Origin: Octopus vulgaris
Lineage: Eukaryota
Reading direction: 5' to 3'
Assembly (NCBI GenBank): GCA_951406725.2
Contig: OX597830.1
Coordinates: 39,804,001 to 39,868,000 of the forward strand
DNA: 64,000 nt
Shown here in pieces: positions 42,654 through 58,277 of the stretch. Every line of letters begins with the position of its first letter. Within the stretch, counting starts at the first letter, position 1. A program made the position numbers and the translations under genes. The notes below the pieces were generated by a model that saw only the letters and a list, made by a program, of their open reading frames with translations, was not told the DNA's origin and ran no database searches.

Positions 42654-42747
42654 TAATAATAATAATAATAATGATAATAATAATAATAATGATGACGATG
42701 ATGATAATAATATTAACAATAACAACAACAACAACAACAATAATAAC

Positions 42748-42782
<35 letters not shown>

Positions 42783-42969
42783 TAATAATAATAACAATAA
42801 TAATAACAGTAATAATAATAATAACAATAATAATAACAATAATAATAACAGTAATAATAATAATAACAATGATAATAATAATAATAATAATAACAATAAT
42901 AATAATAACAATAATAATAACAGTAATAATAATAATAACAATAATAATAACAGTAATAATAATAATAAC

Positions 42970-43025
<56 letters not shown>

Positions 43026-43066
43026 TGATGATGATGATGATGATGATGACGATGATGATGATGATG

Positions 43067-43126
<60 letters not shown>

Positions 43127-43129
<3 letters not shown>

Positions 43130-43420
43130 GAGATCGCTAAGAAGTCGCAGCTACGAGAGTCAGACATAAAGGTTGTCCCTATTGTCGTCGGAGCATTGGG
43201 TTCAATACCACCCAACCTGAAGAAACATCTGGAAATTTTAGAAATATCCTACAATCTAGGTGTATTGCAAGAGTGGGCATTACTTGGGTCTGCACACATA
43301 TTGCGTAGAGTACTGGTCTGTCTGAGGTCCTTGTTGAGACTTCACAGACAGTACAAGAAGAAGAAGAAGAAGAAGAAGAAGAAGAAGAAGAAGAAGAAGA
43401 AGAAGAAGAAGAAGAAGAAG

Positions 43421-43452
<32 letters not shown>

Positions 43453-44130
43453 CAAGTAACTGCAGAATATGTGGAGATGGAGAAGAAACAATAAATCATA
43501 TTGTCTCTAGCTGCCCAGTCCTGGCTAAGAAGAGATATATTCACAAACACGACAGAGTTGGGACCTATATACATTGGGAGCTATGCCGACACTATGGAAG
43601 AACAACAGAAAAAAGATAGTATAGGCACTCGCCAGAAAAGGTCACAGGAAATTAGAAAGCAACCATACTCTGGGATATGCTAATACACACAGATAGAGAA
43701 ATTAAGACCAATATGCCGGATATAGTTGTCAGAGATCATCAAGAAAAAAGACTTTCTAATCGATGTATCAATACCCACAGATGACAATGTTTCTCTAAAA
43801 GAAACGGAGAAACTTTCAAAATCCAGAAATCAAGATCTAGAGATAGAGGAAAATTGAATGTAGAGTCTAAAAGCAGAAACAATTCCTGTTATTGTAGGTG
43901 TATTAGGTACAGTAAAAACATATTCAGATAAATACATAATAAAACCTCCAGGACTAAGAAATATATATAACATACAGAAAATAGCTCTACTAGGCACCAC
44001 ATACATCCTACGTGAAACACTTTCCATGCAGTAAAAATAAGAGCATCGCAACAAACCACAGCACATACCCAAGGCACACAGAGCTGCTCTCGGTAGTGCA
44101 GTAACAGCACGTGATAAAAATAAGACTACT
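43127..44130 (+). mobile_element. R4/Dong 3' ends: subfamily C fragment, (GAA)n, then subfamily A-like zinc knuckle/RLE fragment
   Basis: 43127-43353 matches 35643-35860; 43450-44130 CRICGDGEETINHI..CP matches 47700-48353. Confidence 0.88.
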
Positions 44131-44143
44131 GATAATAATGATG

Positions 44144-44228
<85 letters not shown>

Positions 44229-44230
<2 letters not shown>

Positions 44231-47200
44231 CCGGGGACGTTTAAGAGAGAACACTGGGGACATTTAAGATGTGAGAACGATAAAACAGAGCTCCGAAATC
44301 TATCCACAAACATCGAAAACAAAGACATCGTATGGAGCCGAAGATTTACTTACAAAGGATTGGACTATATCCGAGTAAGTAATACTCATTGAAATTTATT
44401 ACTATTTTCGAAACGAAATGATGTATTTTAACTCGATATCATCTCCACCTCTAACACAACACATGTAAACATGCGTGGTACATTACGATCCATCAACACC
44501 AGATCATCCCCGACCCCAAACACCATGTACAAAAAAACTACGAATAAATTAAATAACGCCGATATTATTCAACCCAAGAATAAAAATCGGGAAGAACGTA
44601 CTTTAAACTTACAACACAAAATGTACGAAAAACTACACGTGCAAAACAATGTGACAACAGAATTGAACGGACCGGTACCCTACGAAAATGACGACCGTCA
44701 AAATAATGGGCCGGATGTTGTTCCTCATGTCCCGCAAATAAAACCCAAAAGACATAAATGGACACGTGAGGAATACATTTCTATCCTACACGCTTATTTC
44801 ACAGCAGTGCTCTACCCAAAAAATGAAAACACAACAACACATACATATAAAATATGGAAGGAAAATAACATAAATATAGATTTGGATACATCAATGAACC
44901 CTAATAAGCTAGCTAACGTACGAAGATACATTCTCAACGCAAAAAAAAAATATGAGAAATAGAAATAGAACATCTAAAAGAAAAAAATACATCAGGAAAA
45001 TGTAGATAGAAGCCACACAACAATGCCCAACAATATAAACACTGAAACAGTAAAACACGAAGAGAAACGTAACATTCCCAACAAACACGATGTAAACAAA
45101 AAACAACAGACCGAGACCGTAAGGATGCATAATAATACACGACAAACAGCAAGCCAAAACACGACAAACAAACATTCAAATGAGAACGAAAGCGACACAA
45201 ATCTAAAACCTGGAAACAACGAAGGGGAGCCTAATGATTATGATTATATAAAAAGTAGAATAATCAAAGAACTAAAAACCACAGAGCTCAAAATGGACCA
45301 CCGACCATACCTCCCAAAAATCAAAATAGACGAAACAACACCAATTATAAACAACATAAACCTAGCCGTCACGGAACTAATAGCCACTGAAACAAAAAGC
45401 GATATCACTGAGCTAAATGACTTAGTATACGCAGCAGCCACTGCAGCCACAAAAGAAGCTGGATACTCACTCAAACCCATCCAAACAGAAGTACCACCAC
45501 CCAAACAAACCCCGTGGATAAATAACATCCAAAACAAAATACAAAGAATGAGAAAAGATCTGTCGATTCTTAATGAAATCAGTAGACAATCAACGCTACT
45601 GAGCAACAAAAAGAAAACAAAAATACTCCGCAAATACAACATCACAGAAAAAGACTTACCTGAGATAAAAGAAAAGCTAAAGCTAGATATCTTTGCCAAA
45701 GCACAAAGGATCCGCCGGTACGAGAAACGCCAGCGCTTCTTTGAACAAAACAAAAAGTTCAACTCTAACCCCAAAAGTTCTACCAAGAACTTGGCAAAAA
45801 TAAAATAGAAATCACTGCAGCACCAATGGCAGAAGAAGTGGAAGAATTCTGGAGAGAAATATGGTCGGCGAACGAACAACCAAAAAATAGGAGTATTAAA
45901 ATAACAAACTCAGCATCTGTGCAACTTTGGACCCCCATAACAACTGAAGAGGTCACCCAGGCACTGCAAAGACTAAGCAACTGGAAGGCACCTGGGCATG
46001 ACAAGATCCCCAACTTCTGGTTGAAATATCTAACAGGAATGCACAAAAAGCTGTCTGAAAACTTTAACAGCATACTAGCAGAGCCAGAGACAATGCCTGA
46101 ATGGCTCACGAAGGGGAAAATCAAATGAGACAGCAAAACCAGAAAACTACAGACTAATAACCTGTCTCCCTACAATGTACAAGGCATTTACTGGATTGAT
46201 ATCGGAAAGGTTGAACAAGCACCTGGACGAAAACAACCTGTTTCCAGAAGAGCAGAAAGGATGCCGCAAAGGCTCATATGGCTGTAAAGATCAACTAATG
46301 ATTAATAAAGCCATAACTGAAGACAGCCACAGAAAGAAGAAAGGCCTCAGTATGGCCTGGATCGACTACAAAAAGGCGTTTGATAGCATCCCCCACACAT
46401 GGATCCTCGAAACACTAGCCATTAACAAAGTAGCACCAACAATTATAAAATTCATAGGACACTATGAATAAATGGCAAACAGTGCTACACCTCCAAACAA
46501 AAGAGGGACTCATGAAAACCAAAGACATCCCCATTAGAAGAGGAATATTCCAAGGAGACACGCTCTCTCCACTCCTTTTCTGCTTGGCACTGTCACCTCT
46601 ATCTGATATGCTAAATAGAACTGGATGCGGATATAAATGTTACGGCAAAACGATCAGCCACCTTTTATATATGGATGACCTAAAACTATACGCTGCAAAT
46701 GACAAACAGCTGGAAACACTATTAAAGACAGTTCATGGATTTACCAAAGAAATAGATATGAAATTTGGATTAGAAAAAATGCGCCAAAGTAACCCTGAAA
46801 AGAGGAAAACTAGTTAAGAGTAGCAACATCACACTAGATAAAACCAATGAAATAAAAGAATTAGACCAAAGCCAAACTTAGGAATCCATGAACTAGATAA
46901 GACACAGCACACACAAATGAAAGGGAAAATAAAAAAAGAATATTATAGACGAGTTAGATCAATACTAAAAACAAGATAATAGGTATTAACACTTTAGCTG
47001 TCCCAGTTATAAGTTACAGCTACAATATCCTTAACTGGACACTAAATGAACTGACCAAAATAGATAGGAAAACAAGAAAAATAATGACAGGATCTAGGAT
47101 GCATCACCCAAAATCTGACATAGAAAGACTATATATACAACTTATAGAAGGTGGTAGAGGCCTTATACAGCTGGAAAACTACTATAAAATAACCACCATA

Positions 47201-48353
47201 GGACTGCAAAAATATCTACTTCAGAAGGAAGGAAAACTGATACAAATAGCGGCAAAACGCGAGCAAAACAAAAAACTATTCTCAGTATTTAAGGAAGCTG
47301 ACAAATACAAACAAGAAATCATACCACCTAATAAATATGAAGAAGAAGAAGAAGAAGAAGAAGAAGAAGAAGAAGAAGAAGAAGAAGAAGAAGAAGAAGA
47401 AGAAGAAGAAGAAGAAGAAGAAGAAGAAGAAGAAGAAGAAGAAGAAACAGCTAAAGCTATAAAACAAATGAAATTCAAACTAAAACTAGAACAGCAAAGA
47501 ACCATGATAAAACGATGGCAAGAAAAGCCCCTTCATGGTAAATACTGGACTAAACTAAATGCAAAAGAAATAGACAAAGAAAAATCCCAGCAATGGTTGA
47601 GAAGCTCAGGACTCAAAGCAGAGACAGAGGGATTCTTAATTGCAGCACCAAAGCCTCCCCACCAGAAATTACCAAAAACATGTAATGAAAAGAAATATAA
47701 CAAGTAACTGCAGAATATGTGGAGATGGACAAGAAACAATAAATCATATTATCTCTGGCTGCCCAGTCCTGGCTGAGAAGGAATATATTCACAGACATGA
47801 CAGAGTTGGAACCTACATACACTGGAAGCTATGCCAACATTATGGAATAACAACAGAAAAAAGGCATACACCAGAAAAGGTCACAGAAAACGAGAAAGCA
47901 ACCATACTCTGGGATATGCCGATACACACAGATAGAGAAATTAAGGCCAACAGACCAGATATAGTTGTCAGAGATCATGAAGAAAAAAATGCTTTCTAAT
48001 TGATGTATCAATACCGGCAGATGACATCGTGTCTCTAAAAGAAATGGAGAAACTTTCAAAATACAAAGACCTGGAAATAGAGGTAACCAGAATGTGGAAT
48101 CTAAAAACAGAAACTATTCCTATCATAGTAGGTGCATTAGGCATGATAAAATACAAATACATAACAAAAACACCAGGACTAACAAACACATATAACATAC
48201 AGAAAATTGCACTACTAGGCACTGCACACATCCTACGCAGAACACTTACAATAACCATCAGAGCATCACAACAAATCACAGCACATACCTAAGGCACACA
48301 GAGCTGTGCTCGGTAGTGAAGTGAAAGCACGCTATAAAAATAAAACTACTGAA
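44229..48353 (+). mobile_element. Near-full-length R4/Dong-clade non-LTR retrotransposon (RT + CCHC + restriction-like endonuclease), pseudogenised
   Basis: KWTREEY N-terminus, WKAPGHDKIPNFWLK, EEQKGCRKGSYGCKDQL, WIDYKKAFDSIPH, GIFQGDTLSPLLF, YMDDLKLY, CRICG..H..C, RHD, RPDIV; (AAT)n on both sides; multiple frameshifts and deletions. Confidence 0.95.
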
Positions 48354-48360
48354 TGATAAT

Positions 48361-48461
<101 letters not shown>

Positions 48462-48475
48462 TAATAATAATAATA

Positions 48476-49015
48476 CAGGCAGTGGCTCTCATGGCTTCTG
48501 ATCTTAACTGATTGGAAGTGTTATCATGTACATTGCTTTGTCTTTGTATAAAAGATGGACTACAGCAAATATTCTGCTCAATACCACAGATTTGCTTATC
48601 ACTTGTTTGACCTTAACCACTTGACTATGTCCCTTCGTGGCTGACGACATGTGCATCTCTGAACAGAAGTAGTGGGGGAGCAACATACCCATGTGTTGAG
48701 AAGAATTCTCTGAGATTTGAATAATTCACGCCTGGAAACATGGGTGTTTCATTCATCATCCTTAAACAAACCCTTTTCAGGGACCTTTTAAGTAAGATGG
48801 GCTACTCAACGTGCAGAAAATTCTAACTGGGTCCCACCTGCAAGGTCATGCGCTGTTTATCTTGAAATGAGATCACCATGTCACATATGGTCGCAATGCA
48901 TGTGCCTGGTGTGCCTTCATCAGACAGGTAATTATGCTGGGTATATTGGACTTCGTATATTTGTACTCCAGTGTCACTTTGATGGCATGCACTGACCTCT
49001 CACTCAATAATAATA
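48476..49015 (+). repeat. ~540-bp interspersed repeat ending in (AAT)n
   Basis: Homologous to 35010-35530. Confidence 0.85.
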
Positions 49016-50466
49016 ATAATTACAACAACTTCATTTCCTACATGTGTAACAGATGAAAACATATCACAAGGACGCATTTCAAAGAGAGTGGCGTGTTACG
49101 GATCTTGAGCTTGAGGAAAATAGATATGAGAGAGAAGACTATAGACAAAAAGAACATGAAAATGTAGCAGTATTGCGAAGCGACTTAAAAGCAACCAGAG
49201 AGCACCAACTGTATTCTCCAGACTACATGAGTATTGTGAAAATGGACTCATTCACCTTAGCTATATTCTTAACCACTCTTTCAGCCAGTTTACTGAAGTA
49301 CAGCACCACACACATTCACACTCACACTCTCCTCCCCAAATGGGACAGTAAAGTTGAAAGGATCTTGGTCGAAAACGAAAGTTTCTCTTCTTAATCCATT
49401 CGATCTTTTCTACCATAAAACCTATTTCGCTTTAACCATCAAACAGAAACAAAACTGCCAAGCCCATCCCCACCAAAAGAAAAAGCAACCAAGAAATCTA
49501 TGCAATGAATTCGAATGATAGCTAGATCTTTTCTAATCGTAAGAACAGCTATCAGACAAAATTTTACATGTCAGCAATTTTCAAACATTAAACGAGTCCG
49601 CGCAAAGCAGTTTTCTTACTCCCAACTACTCTATCGGACGGTACCTGCATGTCTGCGGGGCCTATATTGAAAACTGACTCATTACAATGTCCCTCCATCA
49701 TGTTAGACCAGCAACACAAGCTATGCATTTCTAGAAGTTGTCCATAATTAATGAGCTTAAAATCCCTTGGAATAGATTTAATTCAGTATCCATAGATATC
49801 CAGAGACTGAACAATATTGCTCTTGTTCTTCGCTAAATCTCTGAAGAAAGCAAAACCCGTCTTTGCATTACTGAACTCGAAGAAAATTATGAAAATATGG
49901 AAAAATTCCAGATGGGAGGGGCCACATCAGGGTTTTCGCTTTTGACATGCCTGCAGCTCTGTTAAAAATACCAGCTGAGAGAAAACGCAGTCGTTATTTT
50001 TAACAGACGACGACCCCCAACCCCAAGGATGTGTTGACCGCAGAACATCCACACGACCAGGAAAATGGACAAAAAGCAGAAGAATAGATATGCCAATATG
50101 GAAAATTGGCATTCGTAATAATTAAGAAGGAAATTCAAACAACTGGCTTACATCAATCAAAAAGTGAACAATAAAAGTAAATGAGCATACATATATTCAT
50201 ACAAGTGTAAAATCCGACGAACTACAACGTGATACACAAGCTCTCAGCAATGAGTGAACAGCAGATAGAAACAGAAACAACTGTAAGTTAGTGAATTTCG
50301 TTACATAATTTCTAGTGCTGATGTCATATTTATAGTAGTTTATTAAGCTCTGTACACCACGAACACTTTTTCTGAAGTATACGTATTGTGAGTTCTAACA
50401 CTACATTCTTAGTATTGCTATGCCCTAGTGAAATAGTAATAGTGTGTATATATATATATATATATA

Positions 50467-51035
<569 letters not shown>

Positions 51036-51112
51036 CGATAGATAGATACATACAAAGATATATGTGTGTGCGTTTATAGATGCGTATGTGTACATGTATT
51101 TGGTGTATCTGT

Positions 51113-51174
<62 letters not shown>

Positions 51175-51732
51175 CGATAAATAGATAGATACATACAAAG
51201 ATATATGTATGTATATATATATATACATATATATATATATGACCATGTATATTTACACTCACACATACGTACTCACACGGAGACACTCTTACTTACATAC
51301 AATACCTCTGTGCGTGTAACCGGGCATGTGTCTACGCAAGTGTGTGCGTGTGAGAAAAATTAGAAGTGTGTTTAGATTACTGCGTTTTTTCAACTTAAAA
51401 CATAAATCATTTCATGAAATTTACATTTATACATTTGTACAAACATATATACACACGTGCATATATACAGACGTATTTATATACATTCACATACGTGCGT
51501 GGGTATGTGTGTGTAGGTGCGTATGAGTGTACATGTAGTTGGTGTATCTATCTTTATACATATATATATATATATTGATAGTTAGGTAGATATGCATAAC
51601 ACATGCACACACACACGTATATACATTTATATATATATATTCATATACACATATATGTATGTATATATATGTGTATACATAGACACATATATAAATATAT
51701 ACATATATATGTATATGTACATGTACGTATAA

Positions 51733-51811
<79 letters not shown>

Positions 51812-51881
51812 CATATATATATATACATACATATATACATACATATATATATATATATATACATATATACATATATATATA

Positions 51882-52041
<160 letters not shown>

Positions 52042-52051
52042 GCATCTAAGA

Positions 52052-52310
52052 GGAGGCGCGTGGCTTAGTGGTTATGGTGTCAGCACCATAATCGTAAGGT
52101 TGTGGTTTCGATTTCTAAAACGAGCGACGTGTTGTGTACTTGCGTAAAACACTTGTTTTTTGACGTTGCTCCAGTCCACTCAGCTGGCAAAAATGAGTAA
52201 CGCTGTGATGGACTGGCGTCCCGTCCCGCTGGGGAACACATACGTCATAGAAACCGGGAACCTGGGCCCATGAGCCTGTATAGGATTTAAAAAGGGCTCA
52301 TTTATTATTA
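52052..52310 (+). mobile_element. SINE family C
   Basis: tggcttagtggtt A-box, ggtttcgattt B-box; 3' domain shared with 29882-30170. Confidence 0.8.
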
Positions 52311-52325
52311 TTTATTACATACACC

Positions 52326-52384
<59 letters not shown>

Positions 52385-52389
52385 TCAAG

Positions 52390-52420
<31 letters not shown>

Positions 52421-52862
52421 TAATGTATATTTCTGAAATAACACATACACACAATGCCACACAAATATAAGTATATATATGCATATATGTATATATATAT
52501 ATACATGTGTGTGTGTACAAATATATACATAGATATATATATTCTGGAATTGCACACACACACAAATATGTGCGTGTGTGTGTGTGCAAGTATGTGTGCA
52601 AGTGTGTGTGCGTGTTTGTGTAAGTGTGTGTATGTGTTTGTGATTTCATAATATATACATTGATACAGACATACATAAATGCATACATACACACACACAT
52701 ACATACATACACACATGCGTACCTATGTTCTCCAAAATATGGATATATGTAGAAATATTTGGGTTTCTATAGGAATATGGAAAGCATGAATATCCGCAAA
52801 TACAACGTGCATGTGTGCGTGTGTAAGCATAGAGAAATACGTATGTGTACGCGTATGTGTGA

Positions 52863-52900
<38 letters not shown>

Positions 52901-53228
52901 AAGGGTGTGAGTGTGTGACTGTGTGTGTACGCATGTGTGTGTGTGTGTGTGTGTGTGTGCATTGATTCCTACGAATATGTGTATGTCTCAGGCGTGTAGT
53001 AAACGTAAATTAAATAATGTATCACAATTTACAAAGGAAACTAGGAAGAAAACAAAAAAAAAAACATATCAGGAAAAAAAAACTATAAAGAAAAACAATA
53101 CAACGAAAGACATGCATTTGTACATGTAATATTCCATGTATTACATAATATATATTTGTATATGTGTGTGTGTGTAGGAGATTATCTATAAATATATGTA
53201 TATGTATGTAGGTGTGTGTATGTGTGTG

Positions 53229-53262
<34 letters not shown>

Positions 53263-53453
53263 CGTGTGTGTGTGCGTGAGCATCTGTGTATGTATGTATG
53301 TGTGTATGTGTGTATGTGCGTCTGTGCTTGTGTGAGTGTTGCTCTGTGTATGTGCACGAGTGTGTAAAAAGCTAACTTGTCCCAATTGGATAAAGTGCTT
53401 CACACCCACATTTCGTATCAATGTGTGCCAACGGTGTTAGCTCATTGACTTGT

Positions 53454-53497
<44 letters not shown>

Positions 53498-53667
53498 CGA
53501 GTGTGTGTGTGTGTGTCTGTTTGTGTATGTATATGTGTGTGTTTGTGTACATGATACATATATGTACATGTGTGTGTATATATATATATATTTAAAACAA
53601 AAGAGGGGGGGTGTATGTGTAAGTATACGTCCATGTATGTGTACGTCCGAATGTGCATGTGTGTGCG

Positions 53668-53730
<63 letters not shown>

Positions 53731-53964
53731 GTATGTATGCTTGTATGTAAGTATGTATGTATTAGTGATTCTTACTCTTTCACTATCACCCTTCCTCTCT
53801 TTTTCTCTATCATCTACTTCTCCTTTTCTCGTTTCTCTTTCTCTCTCCATAGATTTTTCTTTCTTTTTTCTTTCTCCTCTCTTTCATTTTCGCGCGCTCT
53901 CTCTCTCTTTTCCTCTCTTTCTCTTAGTCTTTCATTCTCAAATGGAACGTAGAGGTAAAGGCCG

Positions 53965-54117
53965 TTCACCAATGCACCTACAAAGAGAGAGAGAGAGAGG
54001 AAAGAAAAAAACGCCGGCTCGGTCTCTATAAAACTAGCGAGACCAATCCGTCTTCATCACAATCAAAGAAAACGTCTCACCGAGAAAAGCACTTGCATTT
54101 AACGACAAAAGGTAAGG
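53965..54117 (+). promoter_or_regulatory. Candidate Pol II core promoter and first non-coding exon
   Basis: CCAAT 53969, TATAAAA 54027, Inr-like TCA 29 nt downstream (A at 54056), donor AAG|GTAAGG at 54111/54112; unique island between microsatellites. Confidence 0.4.
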
Positions 54118-54195
54118 AAATACAATTTCATATACATACACACATACATACATTATATATATATGTATTTATATGTATGTTTTGTTTGTCTGTAA

Positions 54196-54288
<93 letters not shown>

Positions 54289-54336
54289 TATATACATATA
54301 TATACATGTACATAAATATATATATATACATATACG

Positions 54337-54427
<91 letters not shown>

Positions 54428-54447
54428 GTATACATACTTGCATACAT

Positions 54448-54480
<33 letters not shown>

Positions 54481-54485
54481 CTATA

Positions 54486-54546
<61 letters not shown>

Positions 54547-54574
54547 ATACACTGATCGATAATGTTAACACTCG

Positions 54575-54844
54575 TCAGCAGCAGCAGCATTGTTGTCTCA
54601 ACTTTATCACCGGCATCTCTGTTATCATCACCGTCATCATCATCATCATCGTTGTCATCAAGTTTATGATCGTCAGCAGCAACACGGCAGCAACGCCGCC
54701 GACTCCGCCATCCTTGTCATGAGCATCATCATCCTCATTAGCAACAGGATTGTCATTTGCAATACTTTTCTCCTCGTCGTCATCGTCATCATCATCTTTA
54801 TCATCATCATCATATCACCACCAGCATCACCATCATCAGTCATT

Positions 54845-54895
<51 letters not shown>

Positions 54896-55081
54896 GTTGT
54901 TGTTATTGTCATTGTCGTCGCTGTCACGGTCGTCATCAACATCATCTTCCTCATCTCCGTAGTCATCGCTAGCGACACTATCATCATCATCATCGTCATC
55001 GTCGTCATTGTCGTCGTTGTCGGCATCATCATCATCATCATCATCATCAACATTACCATGTGTTCTTCATATACACCACTG

Positions 55082-55131
<50 letters not shown>

Positions 55132-55320
55132 GCTGTTATAATCATTATCATCAGCTCTTGCCGTGTCGCTGTCACTTTCAGTTGTCCACCTCTTCTCTTC
55201 CTCCTCATCACCAATATCACTTTCATCATCAGCATCATCATCAGCATCAGCATCATCATCATCATCATCATCATCGTCGTCGTCGTCGTCACCGTTGTCA
55301 TTATCATCATCATCATCATT
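54575..55320. repeat. Degenerate (CAT)n/(CGT)n trinucleotide tract
   Basis: Direct reading; explains the poly-H/S/I/M ORFs. Confidence 0.95.
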
Positions 55321-55544
55321 TTTGAAGTTGCTTGATGTTGTTGTTACTCTTCTTCTCTCTCTCTATTTTTTCTTTCCCTTATTTTTTTTTGTATTTCTTT
55401 TCCGCCTTTTGTTTATGTTGTTATTTTCCATGCCTGTTTTTTTCTCATGCTTGTTTCTCTAACCACCGTAGAAAATTCTGATTGCTATCTGCTCACCCTC
55501 ATCTGTCGCATTCGTGTCAATAATAAAGGATTATTATTATTATT

Positions 55545-57705
55545 ATAAAATGTTAAGTGTCATTTCGTCCGGCTCTTGACGTTCTAAGTTCAAATTCCGC
55601 TGAACCGACTTTGCCTTTCATCCTTTCGGGGGTCGATAAATTAAGTACCAGTCAAACACCCAGGTCGATGTAACCGACTGGCCTCCTGCCCGAAATTTTC
55701 AGGCCTTCGACCCAAAGCTGAAGGGATTATTATAATAATAATCGTTATTAGTGTTAAGGCGGTGAGCTGGCAGAATCGTGGGCACACCGGGCAAAATGCT
55801 TAGCGGCATTTCGTCCCTCTGAGTTCAAATTCCACCGTGCTCGACTTTGCTTTTCATCCTTTTGGGGTTGATAAAGTAAATACCATTTGAATACTGGGGT
55901 CGATGTAATCGACTTACGCACTCCCCTGAAATTATCGGCCTTGTGCCAAAATTTGAAATCCTTATTGTTGTTGTTGTTAAAGCGGAAAGTTGGCAGAAAC
56001 GTTAGCACGTCGGGCGAAATGCTTATCGGCATTTCGTTAGTCCTTACGTTCTGAGTTCAAATTCCACCGAGGTCGACTTTGCCTTTTATCCTTTCGGGGT
56101 CGATAAAATAAGTACCAGTTGAGTACAGGGGTCGATTACATTGTCTAGCCCCTTCCTCAAAAATTCCAGGCTTTGTACCTGTAGCAGAAAGGGATGTTGT
56201 TGTTGTTATTTTGTTGCTTTAACAGTGTTCGTCGCCTGCTTATCCTGCACCACCAGATACCCCTTCACATTCGTCAGGTGGGTGCAGCACTAAATTTTAG
56301 TATGCTAACTGTTTTTATTAGAATTGATACTATTCTTTGCAAAAGCGGAGTTTGGCGGAATCGTTAGAGCTGTATTTTACTTCTGAGTTCAAATCCGACC
56401 TGAGCCATCTCTGTTTTCATCCTTCCATTGTCGATGAAATAAAGTAGCAATCAAATGTAATTGTGAATTGTTATCATCGAGTAACCCCGCTCCCTTCAAA
56501 AATTGCTGAGCTTCTTTGTGAACTAGAAATAATTATTTATAAATAGGATATCACAGTCAGTCACTCGTACGATTGACAAAATACCTTGCGGTATTTCGTT
56601 CATTCCCTCTACGTTCTACTTTCAAATTTCGTCCAGTATCATTTGAGTACTGGAGGTCAATTATTTCATTCAAAATATGTAAAGGTGTGTGAAACAGCTA
56701 TTGCTGTTCACCTGTTGGGTCCCACTAACAACCAAGTTCATAGTATGGATCATTCTGCCACCTGTTTTTTTAATTGGGAACGGTTGGCAATATTCTCTGT
56801 CTGTTGACCATAAGGAATAAGATTGTACGTTTGTAGAGAAGGTTAAAAGGATTGAGGACAGATGCTTTACTCAGCCCTTCACCATCTTCCTCAAATTTCA
56901 ACTTCGAAAGGAAGAGAGTTACTATCCTTTAGAAATTTCACTGAAAGGTTGGCGAAAGTGGAGAAAGTGGCGACAGTGATCCTCGAGGATGGGTCTACTG
57001 TCAGCAGGTGTGTATAGTTCTGGGATCACAAATGAAGGAGAATACTGGCCCTTGATAGTCTGGTTAATCTCGGATCTTTACAGCTTCTTTAAATGGACCT
57101 TGATGGCTGCGCCCTTAAATAATGGGGTGTCTGGTGTCATTTTTTTCCCTGCATTTTTTGTACACATGTTTTACCTGCCGTCTTTGTTTTTCATACTCCA
57201 TTCTCACAAATCATCCATTTTATAATTTATCGTTGTAATGACCCCTCATACTTCACTCAGCTGAATCGTTATATTACCAGGATCGTTAGATTACCAGGAA
57301 AATGCTTGCAGCATTTCTTCCGGCTCTTCACGTCCAGGTTTCAAACCCTGTCGCAGTCAACTTGAATTTTTATCTTATCGGTATCTAGGATATAAAGTGC
57401 CAATCAGTTATTCGGTTCGAATGAATCGACCAACGTCCAACTCCCAAAGTTGCGGGCCTCGCGACTAAATCCTGAACAAAGATGTAGAGCTGGCAGAATC
57501 GTTAGGGCATCCGAAAAAAACGATTTGCACATTTCTTCCCTTTTCTTTACACTATGCGTTCAAGTAACCTTAGAGTCAAATTTTCCTTTCGATATCAACA
57601 AAATAAAGTACTAGTCAAGTACTTGAGTCACTAGTATCAACCAACCAACACTCCCCCCCATAAAACAAAAATTGCTGGTCTTGAGACTAAATCAATAATT
57701 ATCGC

Positions 57706-57747
<42 letters not shown>

Positions 57748-58277
57748 TCATCATCATCATTATTATTATTATTATTATTATTGTGGTCGATAGGAGAAGC
57801 TTTTAAGTGTCGGAATTAATGCCATTTGATATTTAGTTACTTCCCCTGATGTTCACATTTTAAATCTGATTTTAAATCTCCCGCCAAGAATGATGTTGCC
57901 CCTCAGCTTTCCGATAAGCGACAAAACCACTTGGCAATGACATCATCATCATCATCATCATCATCATCATTATTATTATTATTATTGTTGTTATTATTAT
58001 TATTATTACCATTACTACTACTACTACTACTACTACTATCAACATCATCATCATCACCATCATCATACTGAAGGCAAGAAGCTGGCAAAATTGTCACTGC
58101 GCTGGACAAAATGCTTATAGCGTCATTTCGTCCCTCTTAACGTTCTGAGTTCAAATTCCGAGGTCGAATTTGCCTTTCCTCATTTCGGGGTCAATAAAAT
58201 AAGTACCAGTCGATCACTGGGGTCGATGTAATCAACTTAACTCTCCCCCAACCCAAATGTGATGGCCTTGTGCCAAA

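Noticed and set aside
44471-48292. Idea that the Dong copy is intact and its frameshifts are homopolymer sequencing errors
   Set aside because: Some shifts are at A-runs, but multi-base deletions of conserved sequence (about 46120, 46880, 46970) show real decay
49030-50250. Possible decayed L1/Tx1-like LINE or host exon (ORF 49053-49394)
   Set aside because: Only vague motif traces; cannot be assigned by eye
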